From assembly GCA_013239625.1 (NCBI GenBank), contig MU053482.1, positions 2,643,168-2,707,167 on the forward strand: a stretch of DNA of 64,000 bases, read 5' to 3'. The notes beneath the pieces were generated by a model, which worked only from the letters and a program-made list of their open reading frames with translations, was not told where the DNA came from and ran no database searches. Positions 12,847-28,949 of this stretch are shown here, piece by piece (positions within the stretch are counted from its first letter, which is position 1; every line of letters begins with the position of its first letter). This DNA is from Lama guanicoe (Eukaryota). The position numbers were made by a program, and so were the translations under genes.

Positions 12847-15741
12847 TAAGTGTCCCTCTCAATTCCTGTAGAGTTTTAAGAAGTGGAAAAAGCTTGGGAA
12901 ATTTAAGCTAATTGGTTTGAACATCTTATATATATTAAAATTAGTGAATTACATGTTGATTTTAATTGTATTTTCTTTTGAAATAATATTCTGATGATGA
13001 TCTGCAGTCTTTTCTGTTGATTCAACTATGAAACTCCTTGTGCCCTTTTTCCTTAAACATTATTTGTTTCCCTATTCAAAACCCAGGTTATCTCTAGCTC
13101 CTCAATATGGGCTCCTAAGTTTGTGCTTGAAAAGGCCTAAAGATAAGCTTTTTTTTCCCCCCAGAATACATTGAACATTAGAGTTCTTTATTATTTCTGA
13201 CTTTCTGTGATTTTTATCTTACTTTGGGTTCTTGATAAGTTTCAAGAACATACTTAGAATTCTTTAAGAAGAATATGTGGGGATTTCAATGATCAGTTTT
13301 AATCATTGTGTTTGAAGGATTCATAGTCACCTGCTTCTGTGTTTGCATATTTGAGTAAATTATAGTTCACGTAAGTAATTAGTATTGGTAAGAAAGATTT
13401 AGGGATCATTTTAGACCTGGGTTTAGGGATCAGAAAAAAAAAATCGAACCTTGAAAGTTGAGGTATAGTACTAAAAGTAGTAAGCCAGATGTTGCAGAGA
13501 TTTTCTCTTAAGTGTATGGTGAACGTGGTGAAATTGGTAGGCACTTGAAAGTTTTGATAGAAAATTATGAGGAAGGAACATTTACACCATGATGGTGACT
13601 TTATTTCCAGTCCTAACAGCTACACAGATGCCATTGTGAGCCCTCTAGTTCTGGGACTTGTAGTTAGCCTCCAACACCCTTTTTGGGTCCTAAGTCAAAG
13701 TGGCTGATGAACTGCTGCTTTTGTTCTGAGCAGGAGAGAAATATACCATTTACAGCACTGGTACTGGTGTTTTCTTGTGTTCCCACCAGCTACCCATCTT
13801 CCTGCTAAGGAATGTTCCAGCTGTTGCTCCAACCTCTGTCAGAGTGCCAGTTGTTGTAGTTCTGGTAAGTGAGTGACCAAAATGAGAGAGAATAATGGTA
13901 ATAAGCTGTCATTGTCATCGAGGAGGTTCAAGTCTCTCCTATCCTATAATCTTAGCAGGAGAGAGTGTGACAGGCATTTTTTTAAATGGGAGACATAGGA
14001 GGCTGCTACAGTATTGGAATTCCAGTTCATTTTCAGCCAGTGTTTGATTGTGGAGCACAAGGTTTTCACAAGGGATCTGTGTGGACTGAAGCATTTCTAA
14101 GAAAATTCATGGAGAAATTGAAAGTTGTGATGGCCTTCAGGAGCATAGATCCTCAGGAAATGCTTGTCAGTTGAAGGAGCATAGAAGGAACATTTGAAGA
14201 GGAAGGCATGTCACACCACACAGAGCAATATGAACAAAGTAAGAAAGGTACAGAGGTAGAAATGATACACTTTGTAGTGGGTAGTGAGGAGACCACTAAA
14301 TGGCATGGATAACTTTTGTTGAGAGATTGGGATCATTTTGGATTGGTTAATTGGGATCGTGTTAAAAAGAGAATTTTGAATGCCACGATGGGGTATTTGC
14401 ATATATATGATCTTTCAGATACTGATGAAGCATTGACTTTTTTTTAAATAGAAAAGCGATGGGCTAGTATTTGAGAATTTCCTATGAGCATGGTTCACCA
14501 GATTGACAAACTGTCTTGTAGTACTACGCTTTTAAAGTGTCACATTTTCATGCTTTCAGAAACTTGCAGGTCTTATGGAATAGTATTTGTTTCCTTCCAT
14601 AAATTACTTTCATACCCATTAGTCTGGATTAGCAACTAGTAACCACTCAACTTCCAGTCCACTACTCAGTGTAGAGAAGGAGGTAGGAGTGAAGAATCTC
14701 CAACATGGAATGGGCATTCAAACCCTCTTAATGTGGGTAATCACCTGGGTTGGATAACAGAGAGAGGTGCATAGTATCATATAGTTCTCACTTTATTGTT
14801 AAAAGGAAGTGTTGTCAATAATTAATATACTTTGTCTAATCAGGTTGGAAGTACAAATGGCTTCCTTTTGTAAATTGTTTTTGTTTTATTGACTGAAAAA
14901 AATGTACAGATAACCTTTCAAAATGTATGCTAGGTGTAATTTCTCAGTACACTAAAATAATATTTAAAACAATCTGTCAGTTAATTGTTTAATAATCTTA
15001 ATCATTATTAGTGTGAACATTTCTCTTGGTGTTTTCTATTCTTAGAAGTTTACTTTGGTTCTCATTTCAGCCAGTAAGAAAAAAGAATCAACCCTTTTAA
15101 GAGTGTCTACTTTAACCTTTTAAAAGTGTTCTCAGATATTCAATTTTTGACATTTTCTCCCTTCAGAAAGGCTACCAGTAGATAAAACTGGAGGCTGGTA
15201 GGGAAAACCAATTATTTTAAAATTAAAAACAAACAAACAAACAATAGACCTTTTAACATTACTGTTAAAATGCTCTGGAATCTATATGGGGGACTCAGTT
15301 AGTCAGCAATTCTTTACCCATATCCTTGGAGCAAAATGTGATTCAGAATTCAGGGTTTTTCTGAAAAGGTAATCAGAAGGTTCACATAATACATGTTGTG
15401 TAACACTCATATTGAAATGTACCGTACCAGTACCCAGAGGTCAAACACATTATTATATCTGCTATAAAATATGTGAATATTCACTCCAAAATGGGATAAA
15501 TAGAGATCATAAATAGCCTGTTGAGATCAGGTTTTGTTGCCAAAAAGGTTACAAAAAAACTCTGATTTATACTGCTTTTCGAAGTAGAATATCTGCTTTA
15601 TAGATGCCACTTCTGCCTTAATGCTCTTGATATGTAATTTATTTAAGGATGATAATATATAATCTGTTTCATATTGATAAGCTGCTAATGTTTAAAAGCC
15701 GTATTATTGTAGTTTCTCAGTTGTATCACTATTCATAGTCA

Positions 15742-15930
15742 GAGCATAGTGAAGTCGTTAACAGGGCAGATCCTGAAGCCGCTGAGGTTCATACCTAGAC
15801 GTATACACTGGGAAAGATACTTAACTTCTCTGTGCCTCAGTTTCCTCTGCTACAGAGGTGAGGATACTAACGGGACCTTAAAGAGTATTTACCTCATAAT
15901 AAATGCTCAGTAAGCTTAAGATATTGTTAT
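15742..15930 (+). mobile_element. MIR SINE
   Basis: MIR core acttaacttctctgtgcctcagtttcctc. Confidence 0.7.
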
Positions 15931-16133
15931 TATTTGAGGTTTTTCTCAAGTTGCTTTTGCTTGTGGTTTGATTCCATAGGTTTTTCTTTTTCTTTCTAGG
16001 AGTATAAAGTTGCTTAAGAAGTATTTGCTTATATTTGTATGAACAGACAAAGAGTTTAAGTTTATATGTCATAAATATGTAAGTAAAATTGTGAGTAAAT
16101 TCTCACAGAATTAGTTTGTATTCCTACCCAAAG

Positions 16134-16290
16134 GTATAAGAAACCAGAGGAACGGAGTCCATTGGTAGCAGCAATGCAGCATTTCCTGCCAGTTCTGAAG
16201 GACCGATTTATTCAGCTTCTTTCTGATCAATCTGATCAGTCTGTCCTCATCCAGAAACAGATTTTCAAGATCTTCTATGCCCTTGTTCAG
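16134..16290 (+). CDS. IPO7: Importin-7 exon 5 ([10 protein letters not shown]...FYALVQ)
   Basis: ccaaag / gtaatt; 157 nt. Confidence 0.96.
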
Positions 16291-17680
16291 GTAATTTTAT
16301 AAAGTAGTTTTTACATAAAAAGTCAGCCTATCATTTGCCACCTTGAACAATGATGAAGAATTTTAGCATCTGAATAATTTCATTTGAAGAACTAAATTAA
16401 GTGGATGATTTGCTAATTAGATATAAATTGCCAAAATTATAAATACATTAAAAGTCTAACCAAGCACACTTTCCCAAATACAGAAACAACTCTAATAAAC
16501 CTTAAATTATAAATAAATGGTTAATCTTAAATTCTCTTAAACTATCCAACGCTGTTTACAAAATTAGTAAAAAATTTTTATCTTTCAACCTTAAGAGTTC
16601 ACGAGTCTGAAAATCAGTTACTCAATTAGAGTTTACATCGTACATTTGCTCTGATATGCCAAATATACAGAGATTGTCCCAATTATTACAAAACCTATTC
16701 CTAAGCTTAACACAAAAATAACTAATACTGTGACTTGACTGGTACACAGTAATGGGCTTTATTATCTTTGTACATTGTTTTAAATCTTCCTGGGATAAAA
16801 GATCCCACTAAGGAAATTGTTGTATCTATATTTGCAGTGGACTGTAATTACTTATGAAACAGAGTTTTTGACTAAGATTAAAATTCTGGTTCTTTTTGTG
16901 CCTTATAAGGCATAAAAATATTCATCTCTTCTTCTACGAGGACTTTGGTTCATTTCATATCATTACTTATTTTTTAAAATCTCATTTAAAATAGACCTGT
17001 GACTTTACCTCCACTAAGATTATTATAACTGACTCACTCCACTGTTTGGTTGGATTTTTCATGTCTTTGCTAGATCTTTAAAGATAATCTAATATCTCCC
17101 TAATGGCTCTTTCTTATTTAATTATTTAAAAGTGATTTGGATAGACAGTATCTATACTGTTTGCCTTTTTCCCCCTGGTAGAATTCACAACTTTTAGATT
17201 ATAAAAAGTTTTTTATTAATTGTTCTACGGCATAGGACCCACTTAATTTTTTGAGGCTAGCATATCCTGAAGTCAAATATAGTCCTGTCTCATTTGTAAA
17301 AATAGAGGTCCTAAAATCCTAAGTAGTATATTAATTTTATGAGCCTGCTTTTAAGAAAAACTCTAAGAATACTAGAATAGAAATTTCCTTAACTTGATAA
17401 AAGATGTTCCCTAGAAATCCACATTAAATACCATACCTAATGGTAAAAATAAGATATATTTCCAGTAATTTGGGAATAAGACAAGGATGCCTACTGCCTT
17501 TGCCATAGTTTACATTGTAGATAACGAACCATATCAGCCAGATGAGAAATTTGCTTATGTACTAGAAACAGGAAATGTGAGTTGAATGAAGTACTTTTTG
17601 TAGATTTTGTGAAGAGTAAAAGAAAGTTGGATTTTCTTTTGTAAGGGTCTAAAAATAATTGACGCTTGATTTTAATTTAG

Positions 17681-17770
17681 TATACACTACCACTGGAGCT
17701 GATAAACCAACAGAACCTGACAGAATGGATAGAAATTTTAAAGACTGTTGTGAACAGGGATGTACCTAAT
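17681..17770 (+). CDS. IPO7: Importin-7 exon 6 ([11 protein letters not shown]...RDVPN)
   Basis: atttag / gtaagt; 90 nt. Confidence 0.96.
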
Positions 17771-19533
17771 GTAAGTCTCTGTGTGTTCTCTTGTATCACT
17801 AAACATAAATATTGAGTTACCTTTTGAGAATTTTAACTGACATTTGTTTGCTATTACATTCTTTATGAACTTATAATTTGTGATGCAGATTTTTTAAAGA
17901 GAAAACATTTCATGTGTTTACATATATGCATATACTAAGTGAAAAATTGTAAAGGGTTATTTCTTATGTTATTTAAGTGCTTGTATCTTTGTTTATTCCA
18001 TCGTAATTCTCTTTTCTTCAGTTTTTAGTTTAGTTCATAACATGTATCACCTGACACAGAACTTTTTTTCTTGTGATGAGAACTTTTAAGATCTCTACTC
18101 ACTTAGCAACCTTCAGATAAATAATACAGTATTGTTAACTATAGTCACCATGTTGTACATTACATTCTCAGAACTTATTTATCTAACTGGAAATTTGTAC
18201 CTTTTGATCATCTCCTGAAACTTACTGTGGTAATCATTTCACAGTATATACAGACATTATATCATGTAGTACACCCTAAACTAATGCAATGTTATATATC
18301 AATTATATCTCAAAAAGAAACAAAGATTTGATAAAAAAAATTAAAGAAACAAAGAGCCCATAGCTAGATTTTAGCCTACTAAGGTAGGCACACATGAATA
18401 GGGGAAGAATTTGATTTACAGGTTGGTCAAACTTTGTAGTTAGTTATGTTATTTGCTTTTTAAATAACAACTTTAAAGAGATATAACTCACATACTATAA
18501 CATTCACCATTTCAAAGTGTACAATTCAGTGGTCTTTAGTATATGCAGAATTGTCTCTATTTTTTCCACATTAATGACAATTTGTAAAATAACTACAATT
18601 TTTCAATATAACCTAGTTTTCTAGAGAGGTAGGGAATTTACAAGTCCTGAATACCTAGTGTGTTTTAAGTTCTTTTACATACCTTACTTATTTAATCTTC
18701 AAAAAAAATCCCCCTGAATTTATTTTAAACAGAGACATGGGAAGGTTATGTAATTTATCCAACATAACTTTATTAGTGGATAAGTGAGACCAACTTACTG
18801 TTTTGTAGTTTATTGCTCAAACTTTTATTTTAAAGAAAATACAGAAGAAATAGGACATCTCCCATTGCATAGGAAACTAATTTGGTTGGTTATTTTCTGT
18901 ACATATTTAACTTAAAGTTATATTTTATACTTTTTTCTTATAATTTATAATAATAAGGATGCATATATAAGTCAACATTTCAGTGAATTATGACAGTCAT
19001 AGGCATCCATGTAATGATCACCTAGAATGTTTGCTCATGACTGGGTCTAGTCATTCCTACCATCAGCACCATTCTGATTCCTAGCACCATGGATTAATTT
19101 TACCTTTTCTAGAACGTAATATAAAGGTAATTTTTATAATTGTTTGTATCTGCCATCTTTTGTTTAATATACTTTATGGTATATTCATGTTGTGTTATGA
19201 TAGTTTATTCCTTTTTATTGCCAAGTAGTATTCCATTGTATGGATGTACTACAGTTTATTTACAAGTTAATAGACATTTGGGTGGTTTCAGGATTTTAGT
19301 ATTACAAATAAGGCTGCTATGAATGTTCTTACATTAGTCTTTTTGTGGTCTTGTCCTTTGCAACTAAGTAGTGAAGCAGTGAAAGTGCCTTTTATATTTA
19401 AATAAGGGTTTGTACTTTACCAAGTCTAGCCTTTTATTATGAAAGGCCAACATTGGAGGAGCTTTAATGTTTTTGTGAATCTGTCTCACCTCATGCTGTT
19501 CTTTTAGATTATATCATCTCTTACTATCATTAA

Positions 19534-19647
<114 letters not shown>

Positions 19648-19748
19648 TAAATTCTTTTCAGTGTAGGATGATTTAAGTTTATTTTTTCAAGCATTTGGTT
19701 TCATAAGTGCTAATATAAAGCATTATAAAGACATAATGGGTATGTTAA

Positions 19749-19856
<108 letters not shown>

Positions 19857-19966
19857 TAATTTTTCCAAGTAGAAACATGGCATAACTGGTTAATTTATCT
19901 TACTTACTTCTAGTTTTTTTGGCATCAAAAGACTGTATGTAACAGTCTTTAACATTTTGAACCCTT

Positions 19967-20325
19967 CAGTAATTCTCAAGTGCTTTTGGTCTCAGGACCT
20001 CCTTATGCTCTTAAATTATTGAGAATCCTGACAAGTTTCCATGTGTGGGTTATAATTAGTGATATTTACCATATTAAAAATTGAAGCAAAATTTAATGGT
20101 ATTAATTTATTTTAAAATAATAATAAACCTATTATATATTAACAGAATAAGTGGTTTTTAATTTTGGGGGGGATGGTAATTAGGTATGTATGTTATGTAT
20201 GTATGTATGTATGTTATGTATTTTTAACAGAGGTGCCACTGATTCAACCCATAATAACATTAGCATTATTATGAAAATAGTTTTGACCTGTCAGACACTC
20301 TGAGACTACATTTTGACGGTTGCTA
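19967..20325. mobile_element. hAT-Charlie DNA transposon remnant (Charlie1-like), interrupted by a SINE
   Basis: cagtaattctcaa..ttttggtctcaggacc..ctcttaaattattgag resembles the Charlie1 terminus. Confidence 0.55.
20162..20250 (-). mobile_element. 5'-truncated vic-1-like SINE with (TATG)n
   Basis: gggggatggtaattaggt tail, partial B box. Confidence 0.6.
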
Positions 20326-20709
20326 TTCTGAAATACCAAGGGAAATTAGACCTGTTAGCAGACATTTAAATAACTAGGTTAATGGTTTGGGTAAAATTTT
20401 CCTAGAAGTTGATTTTAACAATAAAGTGCTGTCTCAGCATGTTGTGGAATGTTCAATAAGTAGCATATGGTTTTCTTTTCTTTTTATACTTAATCAGAAG
20501 CTAGTCCTTTGACACACAATATTACTTCAGTTTGTTTGTTTAAATACCTTGGGAATAAATATGGTTCTCTGATACATAATTTCTTGAAAGGACATGGTTG
20601 TTAATTTTATGGCGATAACCTGGGTAATTGTTAGATATTTTTGCTGGCTTGTAAGTGGTTAAACTTACTATTTGAACTTTGGTTTTTGATCAGAAATTTT
20701 TCTTCAAAG

Positions 20710-20844
20710 GTTTTATTGAAGGTGTTATATCAGTACAAGGAGAAGCAATATATGGCTCCTCGAGTTTTACAACAAACCTTAAACTATATTAATCAAGGAG
20801 TTTCTCATGCTCTCACCTGGAAGAATCTGAAGCCTCATATACAA
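20710..20844 (+). CDS. IPO7: Importin-7 exon 9 ([14 protein letters not shown]...KPHIQ)
   Basis: tcaaag / gtaata; 135 nt; within ORF 20641..20880. Confidence 0.96.
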
Positions 20845-21464
20845 GTAATAAATAATTTTCTATCTGAACTGTTTTTCTAGAAAATGTAATAGAAATAACA
20901 TTAATTAGCAAGAAGGTTGGAAAGAATTCATTTTTTGTTGAATTGTGTTACTCAGTCTAGTTTCGATAATTGTTTTGAGTATAATAGAAAAATGATGCAA
21001 CACCTTGACAAACATTAGAAAAGGTATTTTGTGAACAGATTATCTTTTAATCTGAAACTCTTACGTTTAAACTTGCCTTTAAGTTCTTACTGTTGGATCA
21101 TGATTAGTTAACATTTTAGTCATGTAATTTGGAGTAAGTATTTCACCAGATTAATTTCAGGGATAATAGACTTACGTATAATTTCTATGAGTAGTTTATT
21201 TGCTTTATTTGGAACGGTAGGATTTGATGGACTAAAATTTCATATTATATTTTTTTGAATATTTAATTGCTACCTATGTGCACACGTTATTTTATAATTA
21301 TGTGTTGCAGAGGGTAAGAATGTGTTTATGCTGATAGTTGATCTGAAAATGCATTAAATGCTTTACTAAAGTTTGATATTAAGTTTTAAAACACATTTAA
21401 CTCTATAACACATAAAACTGCATAATGAATTACTTTTGTTTTAGCACTTTTAACAGAAATTTGA

Positions 21465-21641
<177 letters not shown>

Positions 21642-22290
21642 TAGAAACAAGTATATAGGTAGTTAAGGTTGTGATAGTAAACCTTGAATATTAAGTCCTC
21701 ATCTATGGTATTGAAAATCTTTTGTTTTTAATGTAATTTATCCATTGTTTAGACTTTTGGGGAGCTATTCATTAGTTATGGCATTTGATAATGATAATCT
21801 TCATTTTTAGCAAACACAACTAGTGTTACTAAGTTATAAATATTGAATGTGCTTCTGGCACATGCCAAAACTGTTAGAAATTCAAGGTTACCCCTAACAC
21901 TAAGTGTCTAAACTATACTTTTGAATCCCTTGGTCATGGGTGTGGAAATTGAGAAGATGCATACTGGAAGCTGGAGTCACTTGGAATCTCTGCATGGAAC
22001 TAAAGAATTGTAATTTGGCTAATGTTGAGTATTAGTCCTTCCCCCCTACCAAAATCTTACATACTGTTAGAAGTTGGTACTTTTGTGACCCCATTGTGAA
22101 AATTCTCACAGTAGGAGGGTTTTGTATGAAAGAAAATAATAATTGTGAGAAATTGATAGATTGAGATTTAATTTGTACAAGGAAGACAAGGAATTAGGCT
22201 TTGGCAGAATTATATGGGGATCTGGCTTCATTTTCATACTTATCTTGTGTGAAGTTTGTTGAAGAAATTGAAGTTACGGTTTTCTGTATA

Positions 22291-22416
22291 TTTTTTATGG
22301 GAGAGGTACTTAGGTTTATTCATTTATTTATCTTTGGAGGAGGTAACTAGGGGTTGAACCTGGGACCTCATGTATGCTAAGCATGCACTCTACCACTCAA
22401 GCTATACCCTCCTCCC
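22291..22416 (-). mobile_element. vic-1-like tRNA-Ala SINE
   Basis: Full head; TSD tctgtat (22283 / 22418). Confidence 0.87.
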
Positions 22417-22433
22417 ATCTGTATTAATTTTAA

Positions 22434-22544
<111 letters not shown>

Positions 22545-22629
22545 TAACTTTTGCCTTAATATTTAAAATTTGTTCAGATAAGGATTGTTAAGATATCCGA
22601 TAAAGAATTGTTTTTCTCTTTTTATCTAG

Positions 22630-23700
<1,071 letters not shown>

Positions 23701-24545
23701 AGTTGATCCTTGACCAGCACAGGTTTGAAATACCTGTCTACCCATTCTTCTCTTAGTTTATAAAGAATAAATTAAAGATCGTGGTTATTTGTTGTGTAGA
23801 AGGCTGGGAATCTTGAGTGAGTTCTTGGCACATTCAGGTTTTTGTTTTAGCTTTCTATTTTTAAATAATTTTAGACATAGAAAATTAGCAAGATAGTTCC
23901 CATTACTTTTCACCTAGCTTCCCCTAACGTTAACATCTTAGATAGGCATGCCACAATTCTCAAAACCAGTAAATTAATATTGATATGATACTGTTGACCT
24001 AATCTAAAAACTTTCACATTTTATAAGATTTCCCACTAATATTCTTTTTTTGGTCCCTGATCCAGTCCAGAATCCCACATTGCATTGGCTGTCATGTCTC
24101 ATTAGTCATCTTCATTTTTTAACGTGTTTATCAGTTTTTAAAGTTGATTTAATATGCAAATCAAGGAACTCTTCCTAAAAGCTTATTACCATTTAGAAAA
24201 TACCCTGCTTTAAGATTTATGAGAGTATCTTTAGATACTCAGATCATTACCTTGAAAGCAGGATATTTCTCAATCTATGTTGTATTCTTTTAGAATCTTT
24301 CCGGAGAGGAAAGTTTTATAAGAAAAAAATGTTTTGTAAGATGAGAAATAAAATTAACCATTCTTGCATTACTTAAACACCCTGGATGTTAAGATTTGGC
24401 GTAACTGCTTTCCAACAAACAATTAAAAGGGTAAAAAAATGTATTCAGTTGTTTTTAATGTTTGAGAATGAGAAAATCAAATATGGGTCTTGGGGTTCAA
24501 AATTCCAGAATAAATGTATGTTTTGACATCAGCTGTCATTTTTAA

Positions 24546-24749
<204 letters not shown>

Positions 24750-24839
24750 TGACTGTTTATGTGGACTTTTATGTGGAAACTTTTTAATGTTCACTTTAAA
24801 GCCATCTTTCATTCTAGTTTTCTGTTTTGTGTGTCTTTA

Positions 24840-25034
24840 AATGGCTGCTCATAAGGTGTGCATAGTTTTCGTCTGTGTCTGATAGTAGTGTCTGTCTGTG
24901 TTTTGCATTCAGATCTTGCTATCCACACAAACGTGATGCAGCCAAAGAGTAAGTTGGGATCATAGTACTGGTCTAGTGTTATGTCGTTGGACATTATCTA
25001 CCACTGGCCAGCCTCCAAATTCTCACACACATTA
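24840..25034 (+). ncRNA. SNORA23: Box H/ACA snoRNA SNORA23 (ACA23/MBI-1) in IPO7 intron 13
   Basis: Recognised sequence (atggctgct...gggatcatagtactgg...ccagcctcc); H box AGAGTA 24946-24951; terminal ACA ~25029-25031, ~80 nt before the 3' splice site; 3' pocket (tcatagt / cctcc) complementary to 28S GGGAG-U-AACUAUGA; IPO7 is the known host gene. Confidence 0.93.
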
Positions 25035-25107
25035 CTTTGGGAATAGATATATTGTTGCGTGGGGAGATTTAGTAAGATACCTATAGTAACTCACTGCATT
25101 TTTTTAA

Positions 25108-25302
<195 letters not shown>

Positions 25303-25354
25303 TAGTGCAGTGTGCTTACACATAATTGTACAAGGCATAATTGTAGAAACTTGA

Positions 25355-25900
<546 letters not shown>

Positions 25901-26685
25901 AACTTGTATTCACGTTGCATCATGACTACCTTATCTGTGTGGTCTGGGATGCTGTGGACCAACTTAAAGATGAAGTACAGATAATAATTATAAATAGATT
26001 TTTTAAATGAAATTTGTGTAAAAGGTTATTTTATAGTTGGCCTTTGTTAATTGTACATAGCCCTAAACTTCTGAGAATTAACAATGTAAATTATTTAAGG
26101 ATAATAGAAAGTATGGACATATGCCCAACAATTCTCCATTCATATTCCCTATACAGTGATTTATTTGATGCAGTTTATATTCTTGTTAAACGTTGAGGTT
26201 TCAAGAATCTAACTCTTGGTATTTGCTGTGGATATTTTTAAAAGTTGATTTTGAAATGGGTAAGGACATTTGAATAAACAGTAGTGTTCATTAAATGAGT
26301 ATATTGCATTTATAGTAAGCTGATTATTATGACTCCTTATAACTAATAACTTTGCTCAGAATTTTTCAAAGTGATTGAGTTCTTTGGGAACAAAAACCTT
26401 GGTGGCTAATAATATTAAGCACTTTTTATGCCTTGCCTCATTTAATCCTCACAGTATCTCTAAGATGTCAGGAAAAAGAGGTCAAGTAATCTGTTTAAGG
26501 TCACCTAGTAAGTGGTAGAGCAGTACCATAGATTATAGAGCCAAGGCTCTTAAGTAATAATTGATCTGAAAATGTTGATCAGTTGTGCTGTTCCAGTGAG
26601 AACACTTTAAAAATTAAAAGTTTTAGACAAAAATATGTTTGTACTGCTTTAATGGCAAACCTTAATTATCTTCTCTTGAATCTAG

Positions 26686-26898
<213 letters not shown>

Positions 26899-27019
26899 TG
26901 ACTTAATATAATTCTCTGGTCATCTCACATACCTTGATTTTGAAATCTTGTAACTAGTACCTTTTTGTTAAGGGATACGATTGGTGCCTTATAAATAATT
27001 TAGGTTCCTTAGAAGGAAT

Positions 27020-27152
27020 GGGGGGAGGTGATAGCTCAGTGGTAGAGTGCGTGCTTAGCATGCATGAGGTCCTGGGTTCAATCCCCAGTACCTCCATTAA
27101 AAATAATAAATAAATAAACCTTGTTACCTCCCCTACAAGAAAAGTTTAAAAA
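27020..27152 (+). mobile_element. tRNA-Ala-derived SINE (vic-1-like, camelid)
   Basis: Head nearly identical to tRNA-Ala(AGC) with A/B boxes, then (AAAT)n, shared aacc..acctcccc tail and A-rich end. Confidence 0.88.
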
Positions 27153-28116
27153 ATTTAGTTAATTAGAGGAAATAGGAAGGAGGTATTTGAATTACCATAT
27201 CTTTACCTCAAGGTTCAGGATTTTGACTCCTTTGGATTGCCTTTTTCAGATCCAAAAGTGTGGTGATTCCTAAGAAAACATACTCTTTCTAGTTTTCCTT
27301 CTTAATAAAAAATATTTTTAAAAATTGGGGTCCGATACGCATAACATATACCACCTTAACCATTTCTAAGTGTGCAGTTCAGTGGTATTAAGTACATTCA
27401 CATTCACCATCATCTTCCTAGTTTTCTTCTTTTACTGTTATCTTTTGGAAAGGTAAGAGAATTGTAATCATGAATTTTAAAAATGGAACTATTTAAAACA
27501 TACAGGAAAACATAAGAACATAGAAAACTATAATCAATATCCCTTACCCACCACCTAAATTTATTAGATTTTAACATTTTATGGTATGTCTTTAGACTTC
27601 AGTAAGAAAAAGTTTCAAGTAGACATGATTGAAACCCTTGGGGCACCACTTCCTAATCTCGTTTTCTTAATTCCTTCCCTTAGAAGTAAGCACTGTCCTT
27701 TAAATCCATAAATCATATATTTTCGGATTACCTACAAATTGCCTTTTGCAACATGAGATTTTTAGTTAACTATTTTTGTTCTAGATTATAATTGTAGACA
27801 GGTAGAAGCCATGAGGAACCTTATAGCTACCTTATGGTTAACAAATCAATTGTTTACTATATTTGAAGAGTTGAAAATACGTTGAGTATATGTATTCGAA
27901 ATGGTTGTCCTGCTTATATATCTCATTGTAATGATATTTCATTAAATTTCATTCCCAGATTGAGTCACACACAACTTAATAATATGGGTCATTTCAAAAC
28001 AAAGGCTTAATGATTTCTTAACAGTATTGACTTTACATTTAAATGCATTATTATATATTATTTAATAACTCATTCAGCCTGCTGCAATTCCATATGGTTT
28101 TTTTCTTTTCTTTTAG

Positions 28117-28478
<362 letters not shown>

Positions 28479-28808
28479 TGAATATTCTAAGTGCTTCACT
28501 GGGTAAGTTATCAGTAGCAATGAATACTCAAGGACGCCCATAGCATTGATTTCCGTTATACATTTTGATTTGTTTATCACTTGAGAGTTTTTCTTTAGCA
28601 CATATCCTTACCCTCCTGCCCTTTGTCAGTTTTTCTTTGTATAATCTTATATTTAACTACTAGATATACAGGAGTGTATTTTAATAATAGGTTCCTTTTT
28701 ACATTTAATTATAAATGAATAAAGGTGAATGTTAGGGACAAAACATTTAGATTTGCTTTCACTGAAATTTTTCGGAAACAAAGCACTTACATTAGTAAAG
28801 ATATTTAA

Positions 28809-28949
<141 letters not shown>

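Noticed and set aside
13560..14800. Compositionally distinct block in intron 4 with short ORFs
   Set aside because: Probably a decayed LTR/ERV-type repeat; cannot be assigned without a Dfam search
27024..27096. Apparent tRNA-Ala(AGC) gene
   Set aside because: Followed by the shared SINE tail and A-rich end, has an extra base in the acceptor/D region, and has nine diverged relatives in the window; it is a SINE head
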